This document shows, piece after piece, positions 1-10,846 of a DNA stretch of 62,601 nt (position 1 is its first letter; every line of letters begins with the position of its first letter). The notes under the pieces were generated by a model. The model made no database searches, was not told the DNA's origin, and was given only the letters and a program-made list of their open reading frames with translations. The translations under genes and the position numbers were made by a program. The stretch is from Vicugna vicugna (Eukaryota), in contig MU058540.1 of NCBI GenBank assembly GCA_013265495.1, positions 3,123,696-3,186,296 on the forward strand, given 5' to 3'.

Positions 1-555
1 TATGTACACATCCAAAAGAATAGAATGCAGTGTCTCAAAGGGACATTTGCACACTCATGTTCACTACAGTGTTATCTACAATTCTACCGAGAGAGAAGCA
101 ATCCAACGTCCATTGAGAATAAGTGGATAAACAAAACATGGTACATACCAGAGAACATTACTCAACCTTAAAAAGGAAGGAACTCCTTAAAAAACAAAAC
201 AAAAAACAAGGAAGGAACTCCTGTCACATGTGACAACATAGATGACCCTTGAGGACATTATGTGAAGTAAAATAAGCCAGACACAAAAGGACAAAAAGTG
301 CATGATTCCACTTACGGGAGGTATCTAAAGTGGTCAAGTTCATAGAACAGAAAGTAGAATGGTGGTTACCAGGAACAAGGGGGAGGGGAAATGGAGAATT
401 GTTTAATGGGTATAGAGTTTCGGTTTCAAAGATTAAAAAGTTCTAGAGATTGCACAACAATGGGAATATACTTAACATTACTAAACTGTACGATTAAAAA
501 TGGTTAAGATGGTAAATTTTGTGTTTTTTGCCATAATTAAAAATAAATTTTAAAA
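1..555 (+). mobile_element. L1MB/L1MC-type LINE-1 3' end (truncated by window start)
   Basis: Typical old L1 3' motifs (gaccttgaggacattatg...aaataagccagacacaaaaggacaaa..., gtggttaccagg, aaaaatggttaagatggtaaatttt) ending in an A-rich tail at ~540-555. Confidence 0.85.
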
Positions 556-1084
556 GGGGGAGAACATTGTTGATTCCCTCAGTTCGGAGGGGTTTATAAT
601 ATTGACCAAATTAGGCACTTTATATATTATTTTCCTTCATTCTCACCGCAACTACTGTGGTAGGCATCACTACTTATTTACAGCCTGGGAACTTGAGGCA
701 GTGAGAGAAGCTGACTTACCCACCATCTCGTGGAACTGAGTGAGGGAAAGAGCCCCAATCTGTACTCAGATTTGTCTTCCTCCAAACTGGGGATCTTGTC
801 CCTCCCCTGTTCCCCTGTGGCTGAATGTCCCCGATTCTAGCTCCCAATCATTGACAGAAAAAAAAAAAAGCTTTTACTGTGAGTCCTCCACTTCCCCTAA
901 ATTGAGCACAAGGTCCTTGGTGAGAAGCCTTATGCACCTTCTATTTCTTGACTTGCTATGGGAACTAAGTACCCAGGCACCCATAGTTGGTAGGTAAAAA
1001 ATAAACACTTGAGTAGTTGATTTCATTAAATTTCTTGAAGTGCCAGAAAGGGTTTTCACAGAAAATACCACTTAAGCACTTTCG

Positions 1085-1265
1085 GCTCACAATGCACTTT
1101 CACATACATTAACCTATTTGCTCCTGATGGGACCACTGGATAAAAGAGATCATTATCACTTGTATTTTACCGATGGGGGAAGCACAGGTCAGAGGGATGT
1201 TCAAGGTCCCGCAGCTGGGATTACAATTACTGGAGGCACGACTGTACAGGTGTCTCAGGACCCCA
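1085..1265 (-). mobile_element. MIR SINE relic
   Basis: Reverse-strand MIR core (cattatcacttgtattttaccgatgggggaagcacaggtcagagg). Confidence 0.6.
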
Positions 1266-2736
1266 ATGTCGGTGATGCTTTCACAGGTGGCCTCATAAAT
1301 TAGGGCCGCACTTCTCTCGCTCAGCCTTCTCTGTTGATCTTGTGCTATGCTCACCTGCTGACCCAGAGGGCATGCCTTGGTCTCCAAGGCCAGATAAATT
1401 CCTGACAGCCCGTGTGAAGGTTGGAGGTGCCTTTCTTGGGACTGCAGTTTTAGCATCTAATACCCTGCCAAGTACCATGTGCCAGTGAGTGAATCGCTGG
1501 GGCATTCCTAAGCCCAGGAAAGGACTGGTCTGAAGGGGCTGGGCCAGAGTCCAGCTAAGCAGGGAGGCCTGGCAGCTGGCACAGGACAGGGAAGAACAGA
1601 TAGGGTCAAGCTTGGGGATATAGCTAAGGCTGTGACGTCGATGTAAGTCAACTGGGTTGGCTGCCCAGGGGTCAGAGCCTTGCCTGGAGGGGCCGGAGTG
1701 GGCAGAGCAGAGGACCGAAGCTGCTTGCTTTCTGCCCTGTCTCCCACCCCCTGGCAAGTGTGGGCAGCTGCAGGCCCAAGGATGCTGGCCCTAGAGTGAG
1801 GGTGGTCGGGACCTGAAGGTGGGGGTAGCAGGATGGCCACCCAGTGGCCAGCCACATCTGTTTGGTCCTTTCATTATGACATTTTTTTCTCTGATTACAA
1901 AAGTATCTTGTGTTCACAATTTAAGAAATTAAGGGCTACCAAAAAAACCCACATAAGCACAAAATAAAAATCATCTATAATGCTCTCTCTTTTCTAACTG
2001 TATAAGGGACAAGAGGTAAAAAGGAAACCCCGTCTCCCCCCTCCTCGTCTCCCCCCTCCTCATTCACCCCTCCCCTGCACACTAGAGGTCATCACTGATG
2101 GCAGTTTGATAGTGTTTGGTAAGGCTCTTTCTCTCTCTTCTCCTCCTTTTGGAGGGAAGGAGGCAGTGATTTTCCCAAGAAGGGGAACAAAAACTCGGTC
2201 ACTGTTTTGACTGACAACATAAACGTCCATTTGATTCTAATTCCTTTCAAATATGTTGGTGACAAGGTGCTCTGTCTGGGAAGTCCTGACTCCGTCCACC
2301 CTGAATACTTCCACTTTCCCCACTTCTGGCCGTCCTTACATCCTCTTCATGAGGAAGACCAGGGAAGGAGGCTTCTGGGGTTTGATTTCAAGGCAACTAG
2401 GAGGCTTGCTGCCCTCCAAACACTTCAGGTCACTGATGCTCGAAATTCCACCATTAGAACGTCATACCTTTAATAGAAAACTTCATTTTCCCTGAAAATA
2501 CAACTCCTTCATGGGAACCGTGACTCCTTTAAGAGTATGGAGTACAAAATGAGTTTAAAATTTCTTTCCTGAGGACAGGGTTTTTTTTTTACTTTTTAAA
2601 GATATTAATGTTTCTTTTTTTTTTCCTATTTGTTAAAGTAACACATTTGTTGTAGAAAATGTAGAAAAAAAGAAAAGCATGAGTGAGAAAATAAAATTTG
2701 CTCATAGAATATTACCCAGAGATAACAAAACTAACA

Positions 2737-2790
2737 TTTTTTTGCGGGAGGCAGGAAATTAGGTTTACTTATTTATTTTTAACGGAGGTG
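2737..2790 (-). mobile_element. 5'-truncated Vic-1-type SINE (3' part only) within an old L1ME fragment
   Basis: tttgcgggaggcaggaaattaggtttacttatttatttttaacggagg is the reverse complement of the 3' half of the full SINE copies at 38277 and 42919. Confidence 0.7.
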
Positions 2791-2799
2791 ATGCTTTCC

Positions 2800-2945
2800 T
2801 AGGCCTCCTCACATCACAACAGCTGTGGGAGGGAGAGTAGCTTATCCCCATTTCACAGGTGAGGAAACTGATGATGTTTACAGAGGATCTGAGTCCGCTG
2901 GCGGGTCAGGGAGCAGAAATTCAGAGCCAGGTTTGCTGACGCTGC
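2800..2945 (-). mobile_element. MIR SINE relic
   Basis: Contains ttatccccatttcacaggtgaggaaactga, the MIR core in reverse. Confidence 0.75.
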
Positions 2946-3840
2946 ATCCAAGCTGTTCTGATCACACCAAGTGGCCTCCTTTCCCCTCCTCACAGATGTC
3001 CTCACTGTGCTGCGGTGCAGCTGTCACTAGCCCTGTTTGCAGGGGAACTAGCCTTTGTTGATTTTGTGTGTTTCAGCTTGTCTACTCAACTTGGTGTAAC
3101 GCCTGAGGACTGGATTTGCAAGTTTTTTGGTCCATCGTGCCCAGTGCTTGTGAGGATACAGTAGGTGCTCAATAAGTGCTGACGATTCCAAATACAGTTT
3201 TTCAAAATGCAAAGGCTCACATCCCACTACAGAATAGGATTCTAGGCAGCTTTGGAAATTCCCCTGAGTCTGATCACATTCCAGTTTGAAAATCGGATAG
3301 AGAGAATGCTTAATCAGCCCCCTCAACTCTCAAAAATACTTCCACGAACCAGGAAATAAGCAAAAATATTTAAATGAGCAACCAAACTGAATCTCATACA
3401 TTTTATGCACAAAAGATGAAGCATGCCTGACTTAAAAACACTGCTTGAGCCTCACTCTGCACCTACATACCCTTACTTTATACCTAATTCTAATGAGGTT
3501 GGTCACTTGGTTTCTCAGCCCACAGTTTATTAAAAGCATGCATAGAAATAGCTATGAGAAACTGAAAGCTGTTATAAACATCAGTAATCATAATAGTGGC
3601 CTTGAGTTATCGAGAAAAGATTAAAGTATGTACAGCAGGAAGATGTACAATCCATTTTAGAAAGATCTAAAGAAAATTGGTGTTTAAAGCAGTGTTTAAA
3701 CTTACCCTGAAAGCTGACCATGTGCTAAAAAGGAGCCCAGCCCTCCTCTCCAGTATTGCCAGTCCTGCCTGCAATGATTGTCTCATCACACTGCACTGAC
3801 AGGGACCAGTTCTCCAACTCATGTGTTGTAAAGTAGCTAA

Positions 3841-3981
3841 CAGCATAAAGTCTGCAGCCAGGCTCACTGGGTTCAAATCCTGGCTCTGCCACTTCTGAGC
3901 TGTATGACCTTAGGCAAGTGACCTAACCTCTCTGTGCTGGTTTCCTCATCTGTCAAATGAAAACAATAACAGAACCTACCT
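3841..3981 (+). mobile_element. MIR SINE
   Basis: ctgggttcaaatcctggctctgccactt...tgaccttaggcaagtgacctaacctctctgtgctggtttcctcatctgtcaaatg matches the MIR consensus. Confidence 0.85.
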
Positions 3982-4069
3982 CCGGATCAGGTACATGAGA
4001 GTAATAACAGCAGTCTAATTCAACTCTGTGTCCTCACCTGTCTCTTAGCCACTTACTCGTCAAAGTGGG

Positions 4070-4175
4070 ATCCAACAACTAGAATCTGGTTAGGAATGCA
4101 GAACATCACACCCAGACCTCTTAACTCAGAATCAGCATCTTAAGATTCTGTGTGCACATCAGAGAGTGAGAAGCC
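4070..4175 (+). mobile_element. MER5-type hAT-Charlie MITE relic
   Basis: ggttaggaatgcagaa...cccagacct...actcagaatcagcat...gtgcacatcagagagtgagaagc resembles MER5A/B. Confidence 0.55.
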
Positions 4176-4689
4176 CTCAATGAATACAGTCAAATGGACG
4201 AAATTAGGCATTATTGTACACAGAAGTCCCAGGAGCATCACAAAGACAGAGAATGGGAGCAGGAGGCTAGCTCCTAATGAAACAGAGGAACGGGGTACAG
4301 AAGAGACAGTGTGGGAGGCTGGGCACTCAGAGAGACTTGGTTCAGCCTCTTTCCCAGCTGCATAACCTTGGACCTCAGTACCCTCTTGTGTGAGACAGAG
4401 GGACTAGCATCCACCTTTGGGGCTGGGACCAGGATGAGAGATAAGTGCTTGAGGAGCCATCACAGGGCGGGCCCTCAGGCTGTCATTACTGCAGATTCAC
4501 AGTCCCTCACCCAAAGCCCTGGGGTCAGATGCCTGTGGGTTTTCAGAGCTTTCCAGATTCAGAAAGGTCACGTGATACGGGTGCTGACACTACAGAACAC
4601 CCAGCAGGGTCTGAGCAGCACCCTTAATTAAACACAGCAAAGCTTTTGCAGCAAAATGTACGAGCAGTAAGAGACATAATAAAGACTTT

Positions 4690-4814
4690 AAAGAACCTCA
4701 CATCAGGGCAGACCAGATTTGTGGCCAAATCAGTTTATATCAAACCTATTTTTTAAAAGTCTGGTTTTTAGAGCTTTTGGATTTCAGAATTATAGACAAG
4801 GGAGTGTGAGCCTG
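4690..4814 (-). mobile_element. Tigger-like MITE fragment (MamRep434/Tigger15a-like)
   Basis: tttttagagcttttggatttcagaattatagacaagggagtgtgagcctg matches the terminus shared with the copies at 10847 and 18755. Confidence 0.55.
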
Positions 4815-4959
4815 GATGACAGAGGAGGGGGTCTGCCCTGGGGGGACAGTGGGGAGAGCCAGCTAAGTACAAGAGAGATAAGTACCTGAAGTGCCTGCAC
4901 ATGGGCGCGCCCTCAGGCTGTCATTATATGTAAAATGATCATAATATGAACAACAACAA

Positions 4960-5120
4960 AAAAAACCATAACAAGAATTCCACTGTGTGCTGCTTGCCGT
5001 GAACATGTTGTCTCCAGCTCTTACAGCAGCCCTCTAAGGTATTAATTACTGTTCCATTTTACAGAAGAGGACACTGAGGCTCCAGTCACCTAAGAAAACC
5101 CGGGAGCACACTGTCGGCTA
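4960..5120 (-). mobile_element. MIR SINE relic
   Basis: Contains ccattttacagaagaggacactgaggct, the MIR core in reverse. Confidence 0.65.
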
Positions 5121-5480
5121 ATCTAATGCCAGTGCCTAAGTGCTCACGGGATGACTGAGGCTCAGGCAAGAAAGGGACAGGCTGGAGGGCTGAGATCTGA
5201 GGGGGCAGGTCTTGCAGCCTCAGAGTTCCCTGGTTCAGACTTGGGCTATGCCCCTCAACCTTCCTGAATCCTTGTTATGTCTTGGGTGGATCTCTTGTAA
5301 ACCTCAGAGAGTCAGAGTTTGTCCTTTTATCTACTCTGACAACTTTTATCTTTTAATGGGAGCATTTAGTCCATTTATATTTAATGTAATTATGAATATA
5401 TTTAGGATTAAATCTACTCTGTACTTTCTATTGGTTTCATCTGTCCTGTGTACTTTTTTCTCTCATCCTTTTCCTTTCTT

Positions 5481-5482
<2 letters not shown>

Positions 5483-5519
<37 letters not shown>
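5483..5519. repeat. Poly(T) tract, 37 nt
   Basis: Directly visible mononucleotide run. Confidence 0.95.
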
Positions 5520-5521
<2 letters not shown>

Positions 5522-5588
5522 CATTGACTATGTCCTATTAGTTTGGAGGTATTCCTCTTTCTCTATTTGGCCCTCCTCTCAGTATTTT

Positions 5589-5700
5589 TTTTAACATTTT
5601 TTATTGATTTATAATCATTTTACAATGTTGTGTCAAATTCCAGTATAGAGCACAATTTTTCAGTTATACATGAACATATATATATTCATTGTCACCTTTT
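5589..5700 (-). mobile_element. Young 5'-truncated camelid-type L1 3' end with perfect 15-bp TSD
   Basis: ttttttaacattttttattgatttataatcattttacaatgttgtgtcaaattccag... is an antisense L1 3' end; flanked by tcctctcagtatttt at 5574-5588 and 5701-5715. Confidence 0.85.
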
Positions 5701-5774
5701 TCCTCTCAGTATTTTGAGAGTTATGTGATATATATACGTTCTATACCACTCGTCTGATAGCTTGAGATGATCTT

Positions 5775-5998
5775 AGCTTTAGAGCTTTGGAGTTAGACAG
5801 ACCTAGGTTGGAACCTGGCTTTAGCTGGAACTTTTTAGCTGTGTGCTCCTTTTCAGCTGCTTTTCCCTGGATCTCAGGTTCCCTGTTTGTAAAACATGGG
5901 TTGAGGGAACCCATCATCCTGCTTATTGTGACACTTCAGTGAGCTGAGGGATGCCAAGTGCCCTGTCCAGGGCTTGGCACAAAGAAAGGGCTCAATAT
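5775..5998 (+). mobile_element. MIR SINE relic
   Basis: ctttggagttagacagacctaggttggaacctggc...gtttgtaaaacatggg...cttggcaca...gctcaata. Confidence 0.65.
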
Positions 5999-7177
5999 TC
6001 CCCTCTCTTCTCTGGCCTTTGCCTCTCTGCATCCCGGAAGAATTGGCCCCAGATGGAGGCCACAGCTGGCCTTGACCGTAGAAAACCTTCCCAGAAGGAA
6101 TCCCTCTGGAATAAGATGTTCCCAGGGTGCAGCCAGTCTGCAGCATCATCAGTGGATAGCACAGCCTCAGTCTGGGAAATGGGAGGCTGTTGGGAAATTC
6201 TGCTAAAATGGGGGAGGGAGTGGATTGCATTGATCAGTGTCTCCCGGGAGCCCATGGAAGGGGGGAGGGCTCCTCAACAGTGTATGTGTCTGTAATCCTG
6301 TCGGTTGGAGAAGGGGAGCTGACAGTAAGCGGCAGCCTCCCATCCTGGGAGGCAGGTGTGTCCTCTTGGAGAGCAGAGCAGTGACTCACCAGACTGCCAC
6401 GGCTTGTTATAAATATCCCCTGAGACACCTAACTCCCTCGGCCCTGATTCTGTATTAGCACATGTGGCGCTCCATGATCCCATAATTAATTAGGTTTCCT
6501 AGGCACCTCGAGACTGGGAGAGGGTGTCCCAACCTGTGAACACAAATATTACAAACTACCTGGCAGGTCCCCTGCCCCAAATGTGAATCGAAAAATAAGT
6601 TCTCTTTCTCTCTCTTATCTACTTACTTATTTACAAATTAGCTTTGGGTGAATTTTGAGAAGTGAGGGCTGGTCAAATGTCCCCGGCTTGAATAATTCTA
6701 AAATGTCGTAGATGGACCCAGTAACCCAAACCCACCTCCCTCTGATTTACTGAACCTGTTTGGGGAAACTGAGGCCCAGACCTTGGAACAAGATGAGGTG
6801 AGAACTCAAGGCTCCTGCCTCTCTTTCGCTTCAACTCTCAGAATCTTGGTTTCCTCTCATGTAAACAGAGGTAACAGTACCTGCTTACTGAATGTGAGAG
6901 GTTATGGGGCTGGTGTGTGGGAGCCCAGCACACAGAGGGGCTTAAGTATGGGGTCCCCTCCCCTGGCCCCTTATCCTTGTTCTCTCTTCCCAGATCAGTA
7001 TCTCCTGCTTCCTTCCATTACACCTGGCAATTGATGGCAGTCTTGATAACATGACTAGAAACTGGATTTTACCCCCAGCGACTCTAGGCTTTAATAATAA
7101 TAATAGACACCATTTACTGAACACTTACTATGTGCTAGACCTGTTCTTCATACATTCTCTTTTACTCCTTTAAATCT

Positions 7178-7895
7178 CAGATGTCCAGCATTGGAGCCAC
7201 TGGCCATACACAGCCACTGAGCACTTGAAAAGTGGCTAGTGCAACTGAGGAACTACATTTTTTATTTTAAAATTTAAAATTTTATTTTTAATTTTGAAAT
7301 TTATACTCAATTCAGCTATCAGAAAACTTTTAAGTAGGTTTGGAACAACTTGGGCATGTGAATCCACTGTTTCAACTGTAAGTTTTGTAGAAGTCTTAAC
7401 TACATATGAGACATAAAAATTTAGTGTCTAAATTGAGATGTGCTGTGAGTGTAAAATCCACACTAATTTAAAAGATATAGTATTTTTTAAATGTCAAATA
7501 TCTCATTCATAATGTCTTTTATATTGATTAATGCTTATATTACAATATTTTGGATATATTGGGTTAAACAAAATACATTATTAAAATTAATTTAACCAGT
7601 TTTTTACTTTTTAAATGTAGCTAGTAGAAAAATTTAAATTACACATGTTTTGGAAAGACTGACAAAATCTCAATAAAGTTGATAGTATTGAGCCATTGCT
7701 AATTTCTTAGTTTTGGCAAATGTACTTTAGTTATGCAAGATGCTAACTTTTGGGGAAGCTGGGTGAACAGTTTACTGGAACTCTCTGTACAATCTCTGCA
7801 ACTTTTCTATAAATGTAAAATGTTCCCAAAATGAAAAGTGTAAAATACCCCCTCCCATTACATGTGTAATTACATGATATTTCCATTGGAGAAAT
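7178..7895 (+). mobile_element. Charlie1/MER33-family hAT element interrupted by L1MC at ~7650-7846
   Basis: gccactgagcacttgaaaagtggctagtgcaactgaggaact..., ttggaacaacttgggcatgtgaatc, aattgagatgtgctgtgagtgtaaaa, ttttggatatattgggttaa; the terminal part (atatttccattgga) resumes after the L1. Confidence 0.75.
7650..7846 (+). mobile_element. L1MC-type 3' end
   Basis: gctaatttcttagttttggcaaatgtactttagttatgcaagatgctaac...ggaagctgggtga...ggaactctctgtac...caacttttctataaatgtaaaa. Confidence 0.75.
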
Positions 7896-7904
7896 AAATA
7901 ACAG

Positions 7905-8050
7905 TATTATAGTTCTATCACAGAGCGGAAAGCAGTTCTCTAAGAGATGTTATCCTCATTTCATGGATGAAAAAACCAGTGCTCAGAGGCATTAAGCAGG
8001 AGGATTTGGGACCCTGTCTGTTGGGCTTGAAGCCCTTGAACTTTCTGCTG
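7905..8050 (-). mobile_element. MIR SINE relic
   Basis: Contains ttatcctcatttcatggatgaaaaaaccagtgctcagagg. Confidence 0.6.
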
Positions 8051-8492
8051 TACTCCTGGACTTCTGCTCTAATGACTGGCACCCACTAGAGCTTTCTGAG
8101 AATTCCTCCAGGGTCACTAGCATGGCCGTGTGGACCCATGGGGCTGTGGGTGGGAGGAGGCCGGGAGCTGGAGAGTAGAATCAGGGGAATCTGGGTTCCT
8201 GGGATAAGAGGACTGTGCAGGTTGGAGCCAGGAAAAGTCTGAGGCCCCAGGACAAAGGGGAGGGGAGACAGCTGACCTGATAGGCTTTACATTTTATTGA
8301 CCGGCTGTTTTCTTTTATCTCTGCCTTATTTTGGAAAGGCTATCAGGAGCATCTGCTGCTCTCTCAGGAAAAGAACCTGCAAGGCTGCTAATGCCTTAGC
8401 GGAGCAGGCCCCAAAGGGGACATATAATGGCCCCACTGGGATAGAGCTGGGGACCTGGGCACGTCCTGGTGTAAGGAAAAGGTAGTGGCGAC

Positions 8493-8534
8493 GCTGCTCC
8501 CATCTTCTCACTGCTGCTCCCATCTTCTCACTGC
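8493..8534. repeat. Perfect 20-bp tandem duplication
   Basis: gctgctcccatcttctcact at 8493-8512 and 8513-8532, followed by gc. Confidence 0.95.
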
Positions 8535-8779
8535 ATCTCCCTCCTTTCTCATCTCAAACAAGAATATTCTCCACCTAATGTAGAAGACCTGCCTCCTGAT
8601 CTGCAGCCCCAAAGCTCGGTCACCACGAGCCTAGGCAATCCCCTTTCCTGTCCATTTCTGCTTTGCAAGGGGGCCTGAAGCTGCCCTCTACTCCCCATCC
8701 TGGCAGGCCCCCAAGACACAGCCCTAGGCCTCCCGAGGGCAAGAGCACCATGCATGGAGCGCAGAGCCCCTGCCTCTCC

Positions 8780-9300
8780 TCTGGGCCTGCCCCCCTCAGC
8801 CTGGGAGGCCTCAGGGGGCCCCGCTCTCCTAACAATAAGGGTGCTACTCTGCTGGGCTCCCTGGGGGGGCCCAGGGTCAGCCCGGCCCGCAGTGCACTGT
8901 CTGTGGCCAGTTGCCCACCACCTTCCCAAGTCCAGATGCCTCAGAGCACGCCGGGCGGCCCTGTCCTGATGTGCCCCTTCCCCTCTGCTGCCCTGCCTTG
9001 CACTCCGCCGCGCGGCGGCCAGATGTGCCGGCTTTGGTGCTGGCGGCCCCTAACGAGGTCCAGATGTGCAACCTGGCCTGGGCCGGCGGCGGCGGCGGCT
9101 ACCAAAGGAGAGGGAGGCCCTGGGAGGGAGGAGACGGCTGCAGCTGGATCCGCAGTGCTGGAGAAGGAATGCGCTGGGAAGGATTCCCGCTGGAAAGCGA
9201 GCTTGGGGTGGCTCTGCCTAAATAAGGCTCTGGCCTCTCTGCGAGCTGCAGGCCCAGCTCCTCCAGGTGCAGCCGCACCGCACATCCGCCTTTAGCTGTG
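8780..9300. promoter_or_regulatory. CpG/GC-rich putative enhancer or minor promoter with E-box cluster and CArG-like site
   Basis: Local CpG enrichment with a (GGC)n run; CAGATG at 8933, 9020, 9061; CAGCTG 9141; CAGGTG 9264; CCTAAATAAGG 9217-9227. Function is inferred. Confidence 0.5.
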
Positions 9301-9324
9301 CTTCCGATTTCTTAACAATTTCTT

Positions 9325-9500
9325 TCTTTTTTTAACTAATTATAAAAGTTTACACAGCAATGAAAGGCAGTTCAGAAAACCCAAATAAGCTAAAAGTTGA
9401 AAACAAAGATGGAAATAAAAATCACCTATACTCTCACTACCCCAGCCACTGTTAAAGTTCTGGGATGTGTCCTGCTAGAACTTTTTCAAATACAAATATC
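9325..9500 (-). mobile_element. L1ME-type 3' end relic
   Basis: ttttttaactaattataaaag...aaataaaaatcacctatactctcactacccca...cactgttaa pattern; a further L1M relic lies at ~9870-10040. Confidence 0.5.
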
Positions 9501-10079
9501 CACATAGGTTGATTTGTGGGTTTGAATCCTGCTGCAGAGACTATCAGAACCTGAGTTTTTCACTCAGCTCTTTCCACAGGAGTCTGCTTTACCCAGTGTT
9601 TCCCAAACTGGTCTCGCAGAGCAGCAGGGCCATTTTGCTATTAATAAGGGGGCCTTCTTTCCCCAACTGTTTGGGATGTATTGGCTCACACTACATAAAT
9701 GGGATTCTTTCCTCAGAGTCTTTAATTTACTAGTGTGTGTTCTGAATCATCAAGAGGAGGCTGGCATTTCCTAACCACACTTCACTATGAAATCCCTTGA
9801 GGGGGCCTCTTGGGGCTTGGATCTGGGGAGCATCATGTAGGAAATGCTGTCCTGCGACATTCTTGGTCATGGCTGCATAGAAGCCAGCTGCATGTGGACA
9901 CCATCGTTTATTTCAGCATCCCTCAATGGGTGGACCTTATGGTTGCTGTCAAATTATTGCTATTACAAATAACTCTGTGATGACCATCTTTGTAGGTCTC
10001 CCTTTGTTGTACAGAAACATTCCAGAAGGTAGGACTGTTGCCCTTGCGAAAGACCCTTTTTTTTGAAATTTTTAAAATT

Positions 10080-10140
10080 CTTTTTTTGTTTGTTTTTTGA
10101 AGGGAGGTAATTATTAGGTTGGTTGGTTTGTTTGTTTGCT
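10080..10140 (-). mobile_element. Vic-1-type SINE 3' tail fragment
   Basis: gaagggaggtaattattaggttggttggtttgtttg matches the reverse SINE 3' end. Confidence 0.55.
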
Positions 10141-10846
10141 TATAAATGGCCCCACAGGCCCCATAGGCAGGGAAAAGTTCTTACTCATCTTTGCATCTTC
10201 TGTGCTGGGCACAAAGTACATGCCACACAGTCTCCTAAACTCAAGATATAACCCCAGCCCAGGGAGAAACTCTCCTGGGCTCCGCCCACACAATGCACAT
10301 GGTAAGGGGAGAGGGGGTGGTCTGCGTGTATTGTCTTCTTGGCTCCCCTCATGCTCACCCTGATGCCAGCTCTGACTTGTCCTCCTGCCCACTCCTTCTC
10401 CATATCTTAACCTCTCTCTGTATGTTTGCCCCATCTCCCTTCATAGTCACTGAAAGTGTGTCATCAGAGATTCAGTTCCTTAGATTCCCAGGTCCACAGC
10501 TGAGGGGCTCTAACTAAGCAGTGCTTTGATCCTCAAGGGTACCTTCTAACTGGGCTCTTAGCCTTGTTTGTGTAGATTTCTTTTGAAAATCTAAGGGATC
10601 CCATAAAAATGCCTCAATACATATGTGCACAGCAAAAATGTGCCTTTGGTGTCAGGAGCTCATGTGTGGAGCCTCCCACAGCCCTGGCCAAGAAAGTTTG
10701 TTCCTGGTGGACCCAACTCAGCTCACACTTCCATGGGGGGTGGGGTGGGGGTGGGGGGCTGCTTTCTGGAACCTTCTAGCAGCTCTGGAGCCAATGCTAC
10801 CCAGTAAGCTTGCCTCCCACAGCGCTGATGGCTTGTTGGGAACTGA

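Larger units (their letters stand above)
5300..5760 (-). mobile_element. Old L1M fragment, interrupted by a T37 tract and a young L1 insertion
   Basis: ttttaatgggagcatttagtccatttatatttaatgtaattatg is typical antisense L1M/L1MC sequence. Confidence 0.6.

Noticed and set aside
8663-9295. Longest ORF (210 aa) and overlapping ORFs on both strands
   Set aside because: Non-ATG start, low-complexity P/G/A/S composition from GC-rich sequence, ORFs in several frames on both strands, and no recognisable domain; typical of CpG-rich regulatory DNA.
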